Made by a program: the position numbers and the translations under genes. A model generated the notes under the pieces. The model was not told where the DNA came from. It did no database searches and worked only from the letters and a program-made list of their open reading frames with translations. DNA of 64,000 nucleotides from Candidatus Eiseniibacteriota bacterium (GTDB lineage Bacteria > Eisenbacteria > RBG-16-71-46), in the NCBI GenBank assembly GCA_963707915.1, contig OY970178.1, positions 2,624,001 to 2,688,000 on the forward strand, read 5' to 3'. Positions within the stretch are counted from its first letter, which is position 1. Each line of letters opens with the position of its first letter. Positions 31,250 to 41,357 of this stretch are shown one piece after another.

Positions 31250-33898
31250 TCATCGACCGACGACGGTCACGCGGGACGTGAGATGCCGGTCTCCCCGGGT
31301 CAGGCGGATGATGTAGACGCCCGGCTCCAGGGTCAGGCCCTCGGAGAGATCCACCACCTGGGGTCCGGCGACCGCCACCGTGCGCTCGCACACCCGGCGA
31401 CCGGCCACGTCGAGCAACTCCAGCCGGCCGGGCGCGGCGTCGGGCAGCGAGAGCGAGACGAAGACGCCGTGCGAGGCGGGGTTGGGCCGGGCCCCATCGA
31501 GGGCGAAGGCGAAGGCCGGCCCCGGCGGCACGACCGGCTCCGCGGGCACGTCCACCCAGACCTCGCCGCTCGCCTGCGGGCCGCTCCCGTCGATCCACGT
31601 GAGCCGGTAGGCGTAACGGCCGAGGGCGGTCACCGTGGTGTCCACGAAGACCAGCTGCCCGGAGCCGTCGGCCGCGCCCTCGCCGATGGCGGCGAAGCTG
31701 GTCGTCGGCTCGCGGCGCTCGATCGTCGCCACCAGGCTGCCCAGCGCGCTGGCGTACCAGGTCAGCGTCACGCGGTGGGGCGTGGCGGTGACGCCCGCGA
31801 GGCTGACCACGGCCATCGTGGTCAGCATCGGCACGGTCGCGGCGTAGATGTCGGGGTCGCCGTTGCGTCCGTCGCTCCAGGCCGCGTACAGGTTCGTGTC
31901 GTTCGCGAACAGGGACTGGTAGTCCCCCTGGTTGGGCGTGATGTTGCTGCCGACGTTGGTCCAGTTCGTCTGCACCGAGCTCAGGCTGCCGACCGAGGTC
32001 CAGGTGACCCCGTGGTCGTCCGAGCGCGCCAGGTTGAGGTTCGAGCCGCCGCCGCAGATCGAGGCCGATTCGCGCCAGTCGTACCACGTGCAGTAGGGCT
32101 TGCCCTCACCCACCCGGGCGTCGGCGTGATTCCCGCCCACGGCCACCTCGGGGAGCCAGTCGTCGTACCCGGCGGGGCTGTCGCTCGCCCGCGCGGGCGT
32201 GGACCAGGTCGCGCCGCCGTCCGACCAGGTCACGAACACGTCGCGGTGGTCGCGCGCGCGCTCCCCCGGCGTGGGGGTGTCGAGACCCGTGGAGATCCGG
32301 TAGGAGCCGGTGCTGTTGTCCCACGACGCGCAGCGCAAATAGTAGGTGCCGGTCACGGGCAGGGAGAAGCAGATGAAGTTGGTCAGCCCCTTGCCGGGCG
32401 CGGAGAGGGCGAGACGGGTCACGCCGTCGCTGCAGAAGAGCCGCAGCGACATGCTGAGGTTGGTGCTGATCGAGTCGGCGAAGAAGATCAGCGTCTGGCC
32501 CGCGGTGCCGCTGAAGCTGAAGAAATCGAGATCCGAGGGTGACAACAGGGTGCCCCGCAGGACCTTGCCGGGGGTGAACGCGTTGGCGTTGGCGGGCGTG
32601 CCGTTGGCCTCCGTCTCGGAGACGGATCCGGTCGTGCCCAGGGCATCGTCGTAGAAGTCGACGGACTCGTTCCACGCCAGGTAGACGCGGCCGCGATCCG
32701 CCCCGGCCGAGCGGTCCACCGCGATCGCGGGGTAGGTGATGCCCGTGCCGCGGTTGAACCCCGGCGCGCCGCTGCCGAAGTTCGAGTAGATCGATGCCGC
32801 GGTGACGGCCGGGGCGAAACCGGCGCCCTGGTCGACCGACTTGCGGATCATCAGGTGGTCCGCGTAGGGGCTCGTCGTGTCCATCGAGTGCCAGACCACG
32901 TAGACCTCGCCGTCGGGTCCCACCGCCGGGCGGGAGCCCTGCACGTACCCGGCCTCCGTGTTCGAGGAAAGGCGCTGGGGCGAGTCCCAGGCCGTGCCGC
33001 CCACCGAGGAGCGCTGGAAGACGATGGTGTCCGCCGAGACGGCGAAGACCGTGTAGGACAGGTAGAGCCGGCCGCTGAGCGAGTCCGCCACCAGCCAGGG
33101 CTTGTCGAAGAGCACCGAGGCGATGGCACCCGAGCGCACCAGCGTGGGCGTGCTCCACTGCACCGCGCCGGCGTTGAAGCGCGCCCGGGCGACGGCGATG
33201 CCATTCCGCGTGGAGTTGTCGTCCACCATGGCGCAGAACCAGAAATCGTCCGTCTTCTCGTCGACGGTGACGAGCGGGTCGCTGGCCCACCGCCAGCCCG
33301 CCGGCGCCGGAGGAGCGCCGCCGTCGGTGAAGGTGACCCCGCCGTCCACCGAGTAGCCGTAGCCCTGCGTGCTGGTGTACGGGGAGGTCGTGAATCCCAG
33401 CCCGTCGTTCCAGGCGACCAGGACGTTCGAGCCGTGGGCGGCGATCATCTGTTCGGCCTGCCCCACGTCGGTGGAGCCGGCGTCCTGCGCGCGGTCGTTG
33501 ACGAGCACGTCGGGGACCAGCGCCGCCGGGGCCTGCGCGGCAGAAGTCGCCAGGGGCGCGGCGGCGGGCGCGCCCGGGCCCTGCGTGCCGCCGGCCTCGT
33601 TCCAGTCGGCCGGTCGCCGGACGCGGGCGCCGGTCCGGGTCTGCCCGGGGTGCTTGCGGAGCGAGTGCGCGAGCGCCTTCGCGCGCGCCATCTTCGCGCG
33701 CGCCCCCTGCATGAGGAGCCGCTGCTGCAGGAGTTTGAGCGCGGGCGCGTAAGTGGAGACCTTCACCCCGTCCGCCGGCCGGGTCGCGTCGGCCCGCGCG
33801 AAGGACTGCCCGACGGCGGCCGGCGAGGTCGTGGCGACGAAGACCGCCAGCGCGAGCGCTGCGCGGAGCGTGGCGGTGTGCTGGATGCGCGACGGCAT
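31250..33898 (-). CDS. Large secreted BNR/Asp-box (sialidase-like) protein with PPC-like domain and T9SS-A/FlgD-like C-terminal domain
   Basis: Signal peptide; S.DGG.TF/W Asp boxes; E.E.N.T..A..D.DFFSF; C-terminal RPNP..LELLDVAGRRV..PGVYIIRL. Confidence 0.8.
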   Translation of the reverse strand: MPSRIQHTATLRAALALAVFVATTSPAAVGQSFARADATRPADGVKVSTYAPALKLLQQRLLMQGARAKMARAKALAHSLRKHPGQTRTGARVRRPADWNEAGGTQGPGAPAAAPLATSAAQAPAALVPDVLVNDRAQDAGSTDVGQAEQMIAAHGSNVLVAWNDGLGFTTSPYTSTQGYGYSVDGGVTFTDGGAPPAPAGWRWASDPLVTVDEKTDDFWFCAMVDDNSTRNGIAVARARFNAGAVQWSTPTLVRSGAIASVLFDKPWLVADSLSGRLYLSYTVFAVSADTIVFQRSSVGGTAWDSPQRLSSNTEAGYVQGSRPAVGPDGEVYVVWHSMDTTSPYADHLMIRKSVDQGAGFAPAVTAASIYSNFGSGAPGFNRGTGITYPAIAVDRSAGADRGRVYLAWNESVDFYDDALGTTGSVSETEANGTPANANAFTPGKVLRGTLLSPSDLDFFSFSGTAGQTLIFFADSISTNLSMSLRLFCSDGVTRLALSAPGKGLTNFICFSLPVTGTYYLRCASWDNSTGSYRISTGLDTPTPGERARDHRDVFVTWSDGGATWSTPARASDSPAGYDDWLPEVAVGGNHADARVGEGKPYCTWYDWRESASICGGGSNLNLARSDDHGVTWTSVGSLSSVQTNWTNVGSNITPNQGDYQSLFANDTNLYAAWSDGRNGDPDIYAATVPMLTTMAVVSLAGVTATPHRVTLTWYASALGSLVATIERREPTTSFAAIGEGAADGSGQLVFVDTTVTALGRYAYRLTWIDGSGPQASGEVWVDVPAEPVVPPGPAFAFALDGARPNPASHGVFVSLSLPDAAPGRLELLDVAGRRVCERTVAVAGPQVVDLSEGLTLEPGVYIIRLTRGDRHLTSRVTVVGR

Positions 33899-34097
33899 GT
33901 CGGATGTCCTTCTCAGGGTTGGGGGTCCGGACCCCGCGCACGTCCCTGTCCCGGGAGAACCGGCCCGGGCTCCACGGCGCCCGGCACCGCTGGACGCGGG
34001 GCGCTCCTGCGGTTCCCGCCGGGCAATCTTCGCACCCCCCGCGGTCGGGAGTCCACCCGGTTGCGGGTCCCGTTTCCTGGCGGGATCCGGCGCCGGC

Positions 34098-35969
34098 TCA
34101 GGGCGCCGGCGTGACGCCGAGGATCCGCGCCACGCGCAGGGCGTTCGCGTCCATCGGGTCGAGCGCGAGGCACTTGCCCAGGGCGTCCAGGGCGCCCGCA
34201 CGGTCACCGCGCTTCTGCGCGAGTATCGCCTTCAGCAGCCAGTAGCTGGGATTCAGCTCGTGGAGGCGGCCGCCGGCCAGGAGAAGCAGCGAGTCGGCGC
34301 GCGCGAGGTTCCCGGTGGTCAGGGCGATCTGGGCCTGGGCCAGGTTGACCAGGCCGTGGAAGGCGAGGCCCTCCCCCGGCTGGGCCCGCTGCGCCTCGAC
34401 CAGGAGCGATTCGCTCGCCTGCCAGGAACGCTGGAACATCCGATCGTAGCCGGCCTGGAAGAGCGCGAGCGCCCGGGGCTCGATGATCGTGGCCGGCCAG
34501 GGCCGGCCGGAGTCGTACTCGACCAGCGCGGCCCGCGGCGCGGTCCACCCGCCCATGCCGCCGAAGGGGGCCCAGGCCAGGGTGCTGTCCCGGTACCACA
34601 CCTGCAGCGCGGTCCCGGTGTCGAAGCCGATCTCGGCGAACTGCGGGAGGTTCCAGTAGCGCACGATCGAGCCGGGTTCCAGGCGTGGGTAGCGGTCGAG
34701 CAGGGCCGTTCGCGAGGAGCCCACGATGCGTTGCAGGCGCACGATGCGCGCCAGGCAGAGGTCGGAACCCGGTGGCGGCTCGCCCGTGACGAGGGCGGGC
34801 GCCGGGCTCGCGAGGAGCAGTGCCGCCAGCCGCAGCGCCACCAGCAGGCCCGCCAGCCACGGGGAGACCAGCGCGAGCCAGCCGGTCAGCGCGAAGGCGA
34901 GGCCGAGGGCGGCGACCGTGGTGCGCCAGGCGTTCCAGTCGGGGAAGATCATCGCCAGCGGCACCGCGCCGGCCACGAACCAGGCGAGGCCGCCCAGCAG
35001 CACGGGCGCCGCGTCCGCGATCCGCTTCCGGGCCGCGCGGGAGAAGGACCCGGCGAGCGCCACCGCCACCAGTAGCCCGCAGAGCGCGAGGTGCGGCCCG
35101 GACAGCGCCGGAGGGAGACCCTCGCCCCCCGTTTGCGCGACGAACGTCCGGACCACGACGCTCCAGAGCGCCTCCGCCGGCAGACCGGCCCCGGCCCCCG
35201 GTGGCAGGCCGACGCCGTGGGCCCGCGCGACCGCGTAGCCCGCCCCCCACAGCGCGGCGACCGCCGTCGTCCCCGCGCCCCAGCGCGCGGTCTCCCTCCA
35301 CGATCGGGTGCGGAACCACGCCACCAGCGGGAGCGTGGGCAGCACGACGATGGCCGCCTCGTTGCTGAGCAGCGCCAGCAGCGAAGCCGCGGCCGCGAAG
35401 GTCAGACGTCCGGCCGCAGCGCGCTCGACCGCGAGGGCGGCGAAGACCGTGGGGAGCAGGTGCTGGGCGGCGCTCGGCCAGGCCAGGAAGATGCGTGCGG
35501 GCTCGGCCAGGAGCGGGAAGCAGGCGATGGCGGCCGAGACCGGAGCGTCGAAGCGGCGACGCGCGAGCCGGTAGAGCACGGCATAGAGCGCGAGGAGCAG
35601 GAGCGCCGCCAGCAGGGGGGCGAGCCAGGGCGCGCTCATCAGCCACGGCCCCGCGAGCAGGAAGTAGAGCTGGCGGCTCACCGGGCGCCAGTAGTAGGGC
35701 GCGCCCATCGAGCCGAGGGGATCGAGCGTCGGGTCGAAGACGAGATGCCAGAGGAAGAAGTAGTCGTCGGCCACCGGCGTGCCCAGCGTCGGACCGCGAC
35801 TGGCCCAGAACAGCGGCAGGATGGCCAGTGCGCCCGCGAGCGCCCAGAGCATGGGGGCACCGGCACGGCCTGCCGCCGTCCGGTCCCCGTCCCGCCGTGC
35901 GGCACCGCCCGGCGCGTCATGCGCCCGGGCGAGCGGCTCGTGACGGCGCGCTCCGCGGCCCGGCGTCAC
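34098..35969 (-). CDS. Polytopic membrane protein with C-terminal TPR-like helices; possible GT-C (TMTC-like) glycosyltransferase
   Basis: DDYFFL and YWRP in the first loop, LLSNEAA, many TMs, ALDP..ANA ending; start could be 35852. Confidence 0.6.
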   Translation of the reverse strand: MTPGRGARRHEPLARAHDAPGGAARRDGDRTAAGRAGAPMLWALAGALAILPLFWASRGPTLGTPVADDYFFLWHLVFDPTLDPLGSMGAPYYWRPVSRQLYFLLAGPWLMSAPWLAPLLAALLLLALYAVLYRLARRRFDAPVSAAIACFPLLAEPARIFLAWPSAAQHLLPTVFAALAVERAAAGRLTFAAAASLLALLSNEAAIVVLPTLPLVAWFRTRSWRETARWGAGTTAVAALWGAGYAVARAHGVGLPPGAGAGLPAEALWSVVVRTFVAQTGGEGLPPALSGPHLALCGLLVAVALAGSFSRAARKRIADAAPVLLGGLAWFVAGAVPLAMIFPDWNAWRTTVAALGLAFALTGWLALVSPWLAGLLVALRLAALLLASPAPALVTGEPPPGSDLCLARIVRLQRIVGSSRTALLDRYPRLEPGSIVRYWNLPQFAEIGFDTGTALQVWYRDSTLAWAPFGGMGGWTAPRAALVEYDSGRPWPATIIEPRALALFQAGYDRMFQRSWQASESLLVEAQRAQPGEGLAFHGLVNLAQAQIALTTGNLARADSLLLLAGGRLHELNPSYWLLKAILAQKRGDRAGALDALGKCLALDPMDANALRVARILGVTPAP

Positions 35970-37783
35970 GGTCCGGTGGCCCCGTCCCGGGCGGGGTCGG
36001 GTGCCGCGCTGCGGTCCGGGCTCGCGCCGTCCACGGGGAACAGCGCTTCGCGCGCCGGCCCGCGCAGCGTGACGTCCAGCGAGTCGGCCGGCGGCAGGAG
36101 CGCCGGGTCGAGCCAGCCCTTGGCGATCATGGCCCGGCCGATGAAGTGCATCTGCGCGCGCTCGAAGGGCCGCAGCGCGCCGTCGGGGGCGAAGCGGTAG
36201 CGCCACCGGGTGGGCGCCGGCACCACCGTGGCGAGGAAGAGCGCCTCGGCCACCGTGACCCGCGCCGGGTCCTTGTCGAAGTAGTAACGCGTGGCCTCGG
36301 CCGCGCCGTGGACGTCGGGGCCCCATTCGATGATGTTGAGGTAGAGCTCGAGCAGGCGGTGCTTCGGGGCGACCGTCAGGTGCTCGAGCACCCAGGCCAG
36401 CACGACCTCCTGCGCCTTGCGGGAGAGCGTGCGCTCGTGGCCGAGCCACAGGTTGCGCACCAGCTGCATGGTGACGGTGCCCGCGCCGCGGCGCCAGGCG
36501 CCGGCCTTCACGTTGAAGGCGATGGCGAGCTGGATGGCGTCGGTGTTGAAGCCGCGGTGGCGGAAGAAACCGCCGTCCTCGTTGGTGAGCACGGCGTGGA
36601 CCAGGTTCGAGTCGACGGCCTCGAGCGGGCGGAAGAAGGGGTTCTGCGACGACATCTCGCGGGTGACCAGGCGCCCGTGCGGCAAGTGGATGGTGGCCAG
36701 GAAGGGCTGCTCGAGCCGGAACAGGTCGAGCGTGGTGCGCGCCGAGTCGAGGAAGAGCCCGTGCGGGACGACGTCGGCCTCGAAGCGGACGCTGTCGGGT
36801 CGCGCCAGGTCGAGGTCGAGCGCGAGCCGGTAGTCGAACGACCCGCGCACGGTGAGCCCGGTGAGGGGGCCCAGCACTTCGCGCGGCACGCTGGCCAGGA
36901 CCCGGCGCTCGGTGATGCCGTCGGCGGCGAGGCGGAAGGCGAGCCGGGGGCCGCGCCGCGCGAGCGAGCCGCCGAGCGTGATCGGCAGCTCGCCGAAGGA
37001 GACGCGCGTCGAGTCGGCGAGCCGCAGCACGCCCGCCCGCCGGTCCTGGGTGAGCGCACCGTCCACCGTGACGCGCAAGGGCCCGGCCGGTCCGCCCGCG
37101 GGCCCGTCGATCCGCAGCAGGGCGGCGCCCCGGAGGCGGTCGTCGTGCCCGTAGGAGAGCGCCACGTCGAAGGGGACCTCGTGCTCGAGGGCGAGCGTCC
37201 CCGCGGCGCGCAGGCGCATGCCGCCGGGGGCATGGTCGAGCGCGAGCCAGGCGAGCCGTCCACCGCGCAACGGCGTGTCCCCGCCGGCCGGCGCGGCGAC
37301 CACCAGGTCGCGCACCTCGAGGCGCGGCAGCCGCCGCGCGGGCGCCAGCAGCAGGCCGGTGAGCGACTCGGCCGCGCGGCGCAGCTTCGCGGCGCGCGGG
37401 CTGACGGCGGCGGGCAGGTCCTCCGGGGGGCCGAGCGTGTCGGGCAGGCTCGCCGGGCGCGTCACCAGGCGCAGGCGCGCGTGGGAGATCGCGAGGTCGG
37501 TGGCGCGGGGGCGCAGCACCAGCAGCGACCAGGGATCCATCGCGATCCCGAGCGAATCCGCGGTGATCAGCGTGTCGCCCCGGGCGCGTTCGCAGACCAC
37601 GATGCCACGCAGCCCGGCGCGCAGCGGGAAACGCACGCCCAGGTGGTCCCAGTGGACGGTGAGCCCGCGTTCGCGGGCGACGTGCCGGAGCCCCCAGGAG
37701 AGCGCCGCGGGTGCCAGCAGGCGCGTCGCGCCCAGCAGGGCGAGCAGCGCGGCAGCGGCGATCCAGAGACGTCGCGTGGACAT
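35966..37783 (-). CDS. Peptidoglycan transglycosylase (GT51) domain protein without transpeptidase domain
   Basis: ED..FF.H.G, GAGTVTMQLVRN, RKAQE, LELYLNIIEWG. Confidence 0.88.
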   Translation of the reverse strand: MSTRRLWIAAAALLALLGATRLLAPAALSWGLRHVARERGLTVHWDHLGVRFPLRAGLRGIVVCERARGDTLITADSLGIAMDPWSLLVLRPRATDLAISHARLRLVTRPASLPDTLGPPEDLPAAVSPRAAKLRRAAESLTGLLLAPARRLPRLEVRDLVVAAPAGGDTPLRGGRLAWLALDHAPGGMRLRAAGTLALEHEVPFDVALSYGHDDRLRGAALLRIDGPAGGPAGPLRVTVDGALTQDRRAGVLRLADSTRVSFGELPITLGGSLARRGPRLAFRLAADGITERRVLASVPREVLGPLTGLTVRGSFDYRLALDLDLARPDSVRFEADVVPHGLFLDSARTTLDLFRLEQPFLATIHLPHGRLVTREMSSQNPFFRPLEAVDSNLVHAVLTNEDGGFFRHRGFNTDAIQLAIAFNVKAGAWRRGAGTVTMQLVRNLWLGHERTLSRKAQEVVLAWVLEHLTVAPKHRLLELYLNIIEWGPDVHGAAEATRYYFDKDPARVTVAEALFLATVVPAPTRWRYRFAPDGALRPFERAQMHFIGRAMIAKGWLDPALLPPADSLDVTLRGPAREALFPVDGASPDRSAAPDPARDGATGP

Positions 37784-37855
37784 GGCGCGCGGCACTCTAC
37801 CCGCCCGGAGAGGACCGGGCCAACCGGGCGGGGGTCGCACCCATCCGGGCCCCGC

Positions 37856-38221
37856 TCAGTCTCCGCGGTAGGTGCAGCGTGCCGTGCAGGTCTCGTGCAC
37901 GGTGATGGCCGTGAGCCCGGGGAGGCCGGGTGCGAGCCGGCGCCACAGCCAGCCGCACAGCACCTCGGAGGTGGCGTTCTCGAGCCCGGGCACGTCGTTC
38001 AGCGTCCGGTGGTCCAGCTCGCGCCTGAGCACGGGCTCGACCACCGCCGTGATGCCGGCATAGTCCACCAGCCAGCCGGTCCCCGGGTCCACCTCGCCGG
38101 CCAGCGCGATCTCGATGCGGAACGAGTGGCCGTGCAGGCGGTGGCACTTGTGCTCGGGCGGCACCATGGGCAGGCGGTGCGCCGCCTCGAAGCGGAACTC
38201 CTTGGTCAGTTCGACTCGCAT
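37856..38221 (-). CDS. queD: 6-carboxytetrahydropterin synthase
   Basis: [29 protein letters not shown]. Confidence 0.95.
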   Translation of the reverse strand: MRVELTKEFRFEAAHRLPMVPPEHKCHRLHGHSFRIEIALAGEVDPGTGWLVDYAGITAVVEPVLRRELDHRTLNDVPGLENATSEVLCGWLWRRLAPGLPGLTAITVHETCTARCTYRGD

Positions 38222-38943
38222 GGTCCGCTCCGGGAAGTGGGCTCGGGGCCCCGGTCGTTCGTCGCATAGCGCACGGGGTCGGGCAGGCCGGCCTCGCGGA
38301 AGCCCTTCAGGCGCAGCCGGCAGGCATCGCAACGTCCGCAGGCGGCACCGTCGGGGGCCGGATCGTAGCAGGTGTGGGTGAGCGAGTAGTCGAGCCCGAG
38401 CGAGAGCCCGAGCCGGATCACCCCGGCCTTGTCGAGGGTCATGAGCGGCGTGTGCACGGTGAAGACCCGGCCCTCCGCGCCGGCGCGGGTGGCGACGTTC
38501 GCGAGCGCCTCGAAGGCGCGCACGAACTCCGGACGGCAGTCCGGGTAGCCCGAGTAGTCGAGCGCGTTCATGCCGGCCACGAGATCGTGCGCACCGAGCG
38601 TCTCCGCCAGGGCGAGAGCGAGGCCCAGCAGCACGGTGTTGCGCGCGGGCACGTAGGTGACGGGGATGTCCGAGCCCATCGCGTGCTCGTCGCGATCGCG
38701 CGGGACCTCGAGGTCGGCGGTCAGGGCCGAGCCCCCGATGGCGCGCAGGTCCAGCCGGAGCTCGCGGTGCCCGGCCGACCCGAGGGCCTGCGCCACGCGC
38801 CGCGCCGCCGCGAGCTCCACGCGGTGACGCTGGCCGTAGTCCACCGCGAGCGTCCAGCACTCGAAGCCCCGGTCGCGCGCCCAGGCGAGGCAGGTCGAGG
38901 AATCGAGCCCGCCCGAGAGCAGCACGACCGCGGGGGCGCTCAC
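38206..38943 (-). CDS. queC: 7-cyano-7-deazaguanine synthase
   Basis: [39 protein letters not shown]. Confidence 0.96.
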   Translation of the reverse strand: MSAPAVVLLSGGLDSSTCLAWARDRGFECWTLAVDYGQRHRVELAAARRVAQALGSAGHRELRLDLRAIGGSALTADLEVPRDRDEHAMGSDIPVTYVPARNTVLLGLALALAETLGAHDLVAGMNALDYSGYPDCRPEFVRAFEALANVATRAGAEGRVFTVHTPLMTLDKAGVIRLGLSLGLDYSLTHTCYDPAPDGAACGRCDACRLRLKGFREAGLPDPVRYATNDRGPEPTSRSGPCESN

Positions 38944-38953
38944 GCCGGGGCCC

Positions 38954-39625
38954 TCACACGCCCCGCCGCGCGCCCCACAGCCACACGTGGAGGCGCGGCG
39001 AGAGCCGGAAGCCGTGGCGCTTGCAGAGCTCGGCGAGCGCCACCGCGCGGTCGCGCAGCCCGTCGTCGGTGTAGCCCTCGGGCATGAGCATGACGCGCCC
39101 CGCCGGGATGGCGTTCTCCTCGATCAGGCGCAGTGCGTCCGCCGGGTCGGGGTCCTCGCCCACGACGATCTTGAACGCGGCGTTGGGCTCGGCGAGCCAG
39201 GCGGGGACATGGCTCCAGGTCCGCTCCCAGCGCGCGGTGGCGCGAGGCAGCTTGGGCGAGACGGTCCAGTGGAGCTGCTCGTGCGACAGCGGCGGCGGCA
39301 GCACGCCGGCGGTCTCGACCTCGACCCGCTCCCAGCGGTCGAGCGCGCGCTCGAGCAGCGCGCCCAGGGCCGGTGTCTCGAGCGGCTCGCCGCCGGTCAC
39401 CACCAGCAACGGGGCGGGACCGAGGGCGCGCAACTCGTCGAGCAGCAGTTCGGGCTCGCACTCGCGCCCGCCGCCGGCGTCCCAGGAGTACTTCGTGTCG
39501 CACCAGCCGCAGCCGACGGAGCAGCCCTGCAGCCGCAGGAAGTGCGCGGGCATGCCCGCCGAAGGGCCTTCGCCCTGCAGCGAGAGGAAGGTCTCGCTCA
39601 CGCGCACCGTGCGGGCGGCGGACAT
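38954..39625 (-). CDS. queE: 7-carboxy-7-deazaguanine synthase (radical SAM)
   Basis: [31 protein letters not shown]. Confidence 0.93.
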   Translation of the reverse strand: MSAARTVRVSETFLSLQGEGPSAGMPAHFLRLQGCSVGCGWCDTKYSWDAGGGRECEPELLLDELRALGPAPLLVVTGGEPLETPALGALLERALDRWERVEVETAGVLPPPLSHEQLHWTVSPKLPRATARWERTWSHVPAWLAEPNAAFKIVVGEDPDPADALRLIEENAIPAGRVMLMPEGYTDDGLRDRAVALAELCKRHGFRLSPRLHVWLWGARRGV

Positions 39626-39627
39626 GA

Positions 39628-39810
39628 TCAGTGTCCGTCCCTGCGGCCGAGGTCGAACTCCTTGCTGCAGTTGAAGCACTTCCAGTGGAAGGTCGCCTGC
39701 GTGGCGGGCCACGCGACGTAGTCGTTGCGGCCGCAGCCGGGGCACGAGATGCGCGTGCGCTCGGTCTTGCCGTGGGCGGCGAGGGAGTCCTTCGAGATCT
39801 CCTGCATCAT
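39628..39810 (-). CDS. Small zinc-ribbon protein
   Basis: 60 aa, CPGC...CFNC, strong GC3 bias, ends 2 bp before the queE start. Confidence 0.7.
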   Translation of the reverse strand: MMQEISKDSLAAHGKTERTRISCPGCGRNDYVAWPATQATFHWKCFNCSKEFDLGRRDGH

Positions 39811-39898
39811 GGCTCGTCCCGGATCGGGGTGGGACCGCGTGGTGGAAGCGAACGGCGGAGTATAGGCGCGGGGAGCGAGGGGCGGAAATGGCGGACCC

Positions 39899-41266
39899 CT
39901 AGCCGCCTCCGCCGGGGCGGTCCACGTCGCTCCAGCCGTCCACGGCGGGCGCCCGGCCCCCGGCCGGGAGGCCGCGCGAGTCGCGCAGCTTCCAGGCCGC
40001 GCGCACGCCCACGAGGCCGGCGGCCGAGCACAGCGCGAACAGCACCGGGGCGTTGAGCCAGTCCACCAGCGCGCCGCCGAGCATGGGTAGCAGCATGGTG
40101 GGGCCGAGGAAGGTGTTGATGAGTCCGACGAAGGCCTGGCGGCGGCCGGGCGGAGCGAGCAGCAGCATGAGGCTCGAATACCCCACGCCGATCGCGCTCT
40201 GCGCGGCGCCGCCCAGGCCGATCACGGCCTCGAGGGCGAGCACCGCCGCGCCGGCGGGGAGCCAGTCCAGTCCCCAGGGCGAGGCGACGGCGATCGCGGC
40301 CGCGGCCAGCGGCAACGCGCTGCAGGCCGCCGCCCCGATGCGCAGCAGCACGCGGTCGCCGTGGCGGACCGAGAGCCGGTGCCAGAGCAGGTTCGAGAGC
40401 ACGAAGCCGGTCATGCGCACCAGCAGGAACGTGCCGGCGGTGCGTGCGCTGCCGCCCAGCTGGTGCACGGCGAACAACACGATGAAGGGCGCCGCCGCGA
40501 ACCACACCGAGAGCGTGGCGCGCGCGATCAGCAGGCGGCGGAAGTGCGCGTCGTGCGCCAGCATCGACAGCCCTTCGCGCAGCATGCCGAGCGGGCCGCC
40601 GGGCTCGGGGGACGGCGCGGCGGCAGGCTCGCGGATGACCGAGAAGCACCCGTACCCGAGCGAGACCAGCACGGCGGCGATGGCGAAGAGCATCGCGAAG
40701 CGCGGAGCGTCGGTCCCGCCCTGGAACAGCTGGCGCACGAACAGCCCGGCGGCGCCGGCGAACAGCCCGCCCCAGAACAGGCGCAATGCCCAGTAGGCCC
40801 CGAGTCGCTCGCGCGGCACGGTCTTGCCGACCACCTCCATGAAGGGGACTGCGGCCAGCCCCGAGCCGAACGCGTAGGCGCCGTAGCAGGACAGGAACGT
40901 GGCGAGCAGCGCGGTCGGGTGGGCCGCGAGCGGCACGATGAGCAGCGCGAGCAGCGTGAAGGCGAGCCCGCGCACCACGGCGGCGAAACGGTAGAGCCCG
41001 AGCGAACGGGGCCGGCGCGAGAGGAAGGGCACGGTGGCGAACTGCGGCAGGAACCAGCCGAGGTCCGGAAGCGCGGCGCTGAAGCCGATGAGCGCGTTCG
41101 AGGTGGTGAGCTTCGAGAGGAACACCGGGATGACGGTGTTCGCGTCGACGAAGCCCTCGCCGCCCTGGTAGAGCGCGCCGTTCCAGACCCCGAGCCGGAA
41201 GGAGCGGCGTTGCTGGGGGCCGGAGGTGCCGGCGACGGGGTCGGGCCTGGCGGTGGTGGGATCCAT
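39899..41266 (-). CDS. MFS-type transporter
   Basis: 455 aa, about 12 hydrophobic segments in two halves. Confidence 0.8.
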   Translation of the reverse strand: MDPTTARPDPVAGTSGPQQRRSFRLGVWNGALYQGGEGFVDANTVIPVFLSKLTTSNALIGFSAALPDLGWFLPQFATVPFLSRRPRSLGLYRFAAVVRGLAFTLLALLIVPLAAHPTALLATFLSCYGAYAFGSGLAAVPFMEVVGKTVPRERLGAYWALRLFWGGLFAGAAGLFVRQLFQGGTDAPRFAMLFAIAAVLVSLGYGCFSVIREPAAAPSPEPGGPLGMLREGLSMLAHDAHFRRLLIARATLSVWFAAAPFIVLFAVHQLGGSARTAGTFLLVRMTGFVLSNLLWHRLSVRHGDRVLLRIGAAACSALPLAAAAIAVASPWGLDWLPAGAAVLALEAVIGLGGAAQSAIGVGYSSLMLLLAPPGRRQAFVGLINTFLGPTMLLPMLGGALVDWLNAPVLFALCSAAGLVGVRAAWKLRDSRGLPAGGRAPAVDGWSDVDRPGGGG

Positions 41267-41308
41267 CGGACCGGGGAGGATGGCTCCGGGGGCGGGCGCC
41301 GCGCAAAC

Positions 41309-41344
41309 GGAACCGGCGCCCGGGTTGGACCGGGCGCCGGTTCC
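41309..41344 (-). terminator. Probable intrinsic terminator after the secreted-protein pair
   Basis: 15-bp perfect stem GGAACCGGCGCCCGG/CCGGGCGCCGGTTCC, 6-nt loop, followed by GTTT on the minus strand. Confidence 0.7.
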
Positions 41345-41357
41345 AATCGATCGAGGG

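Noticed and set aside
28151..32542. Very long alternative-frame ORFs (e.g. 1463 aa here, 4352-7879, 54191-57925)
   Set aside because: Arg/Pro/Ala-rich shadow frames overlapping well-supported genes; expected from stop-codon scarcity at high GC
37856..39625. queCDE as a 7-deazaguanine DNA-modification (dpd) island
   Set aside because: No dpdA/tgt-like or other dpd genes nearby; housekeeping queuosine synthesis is the simpler reading
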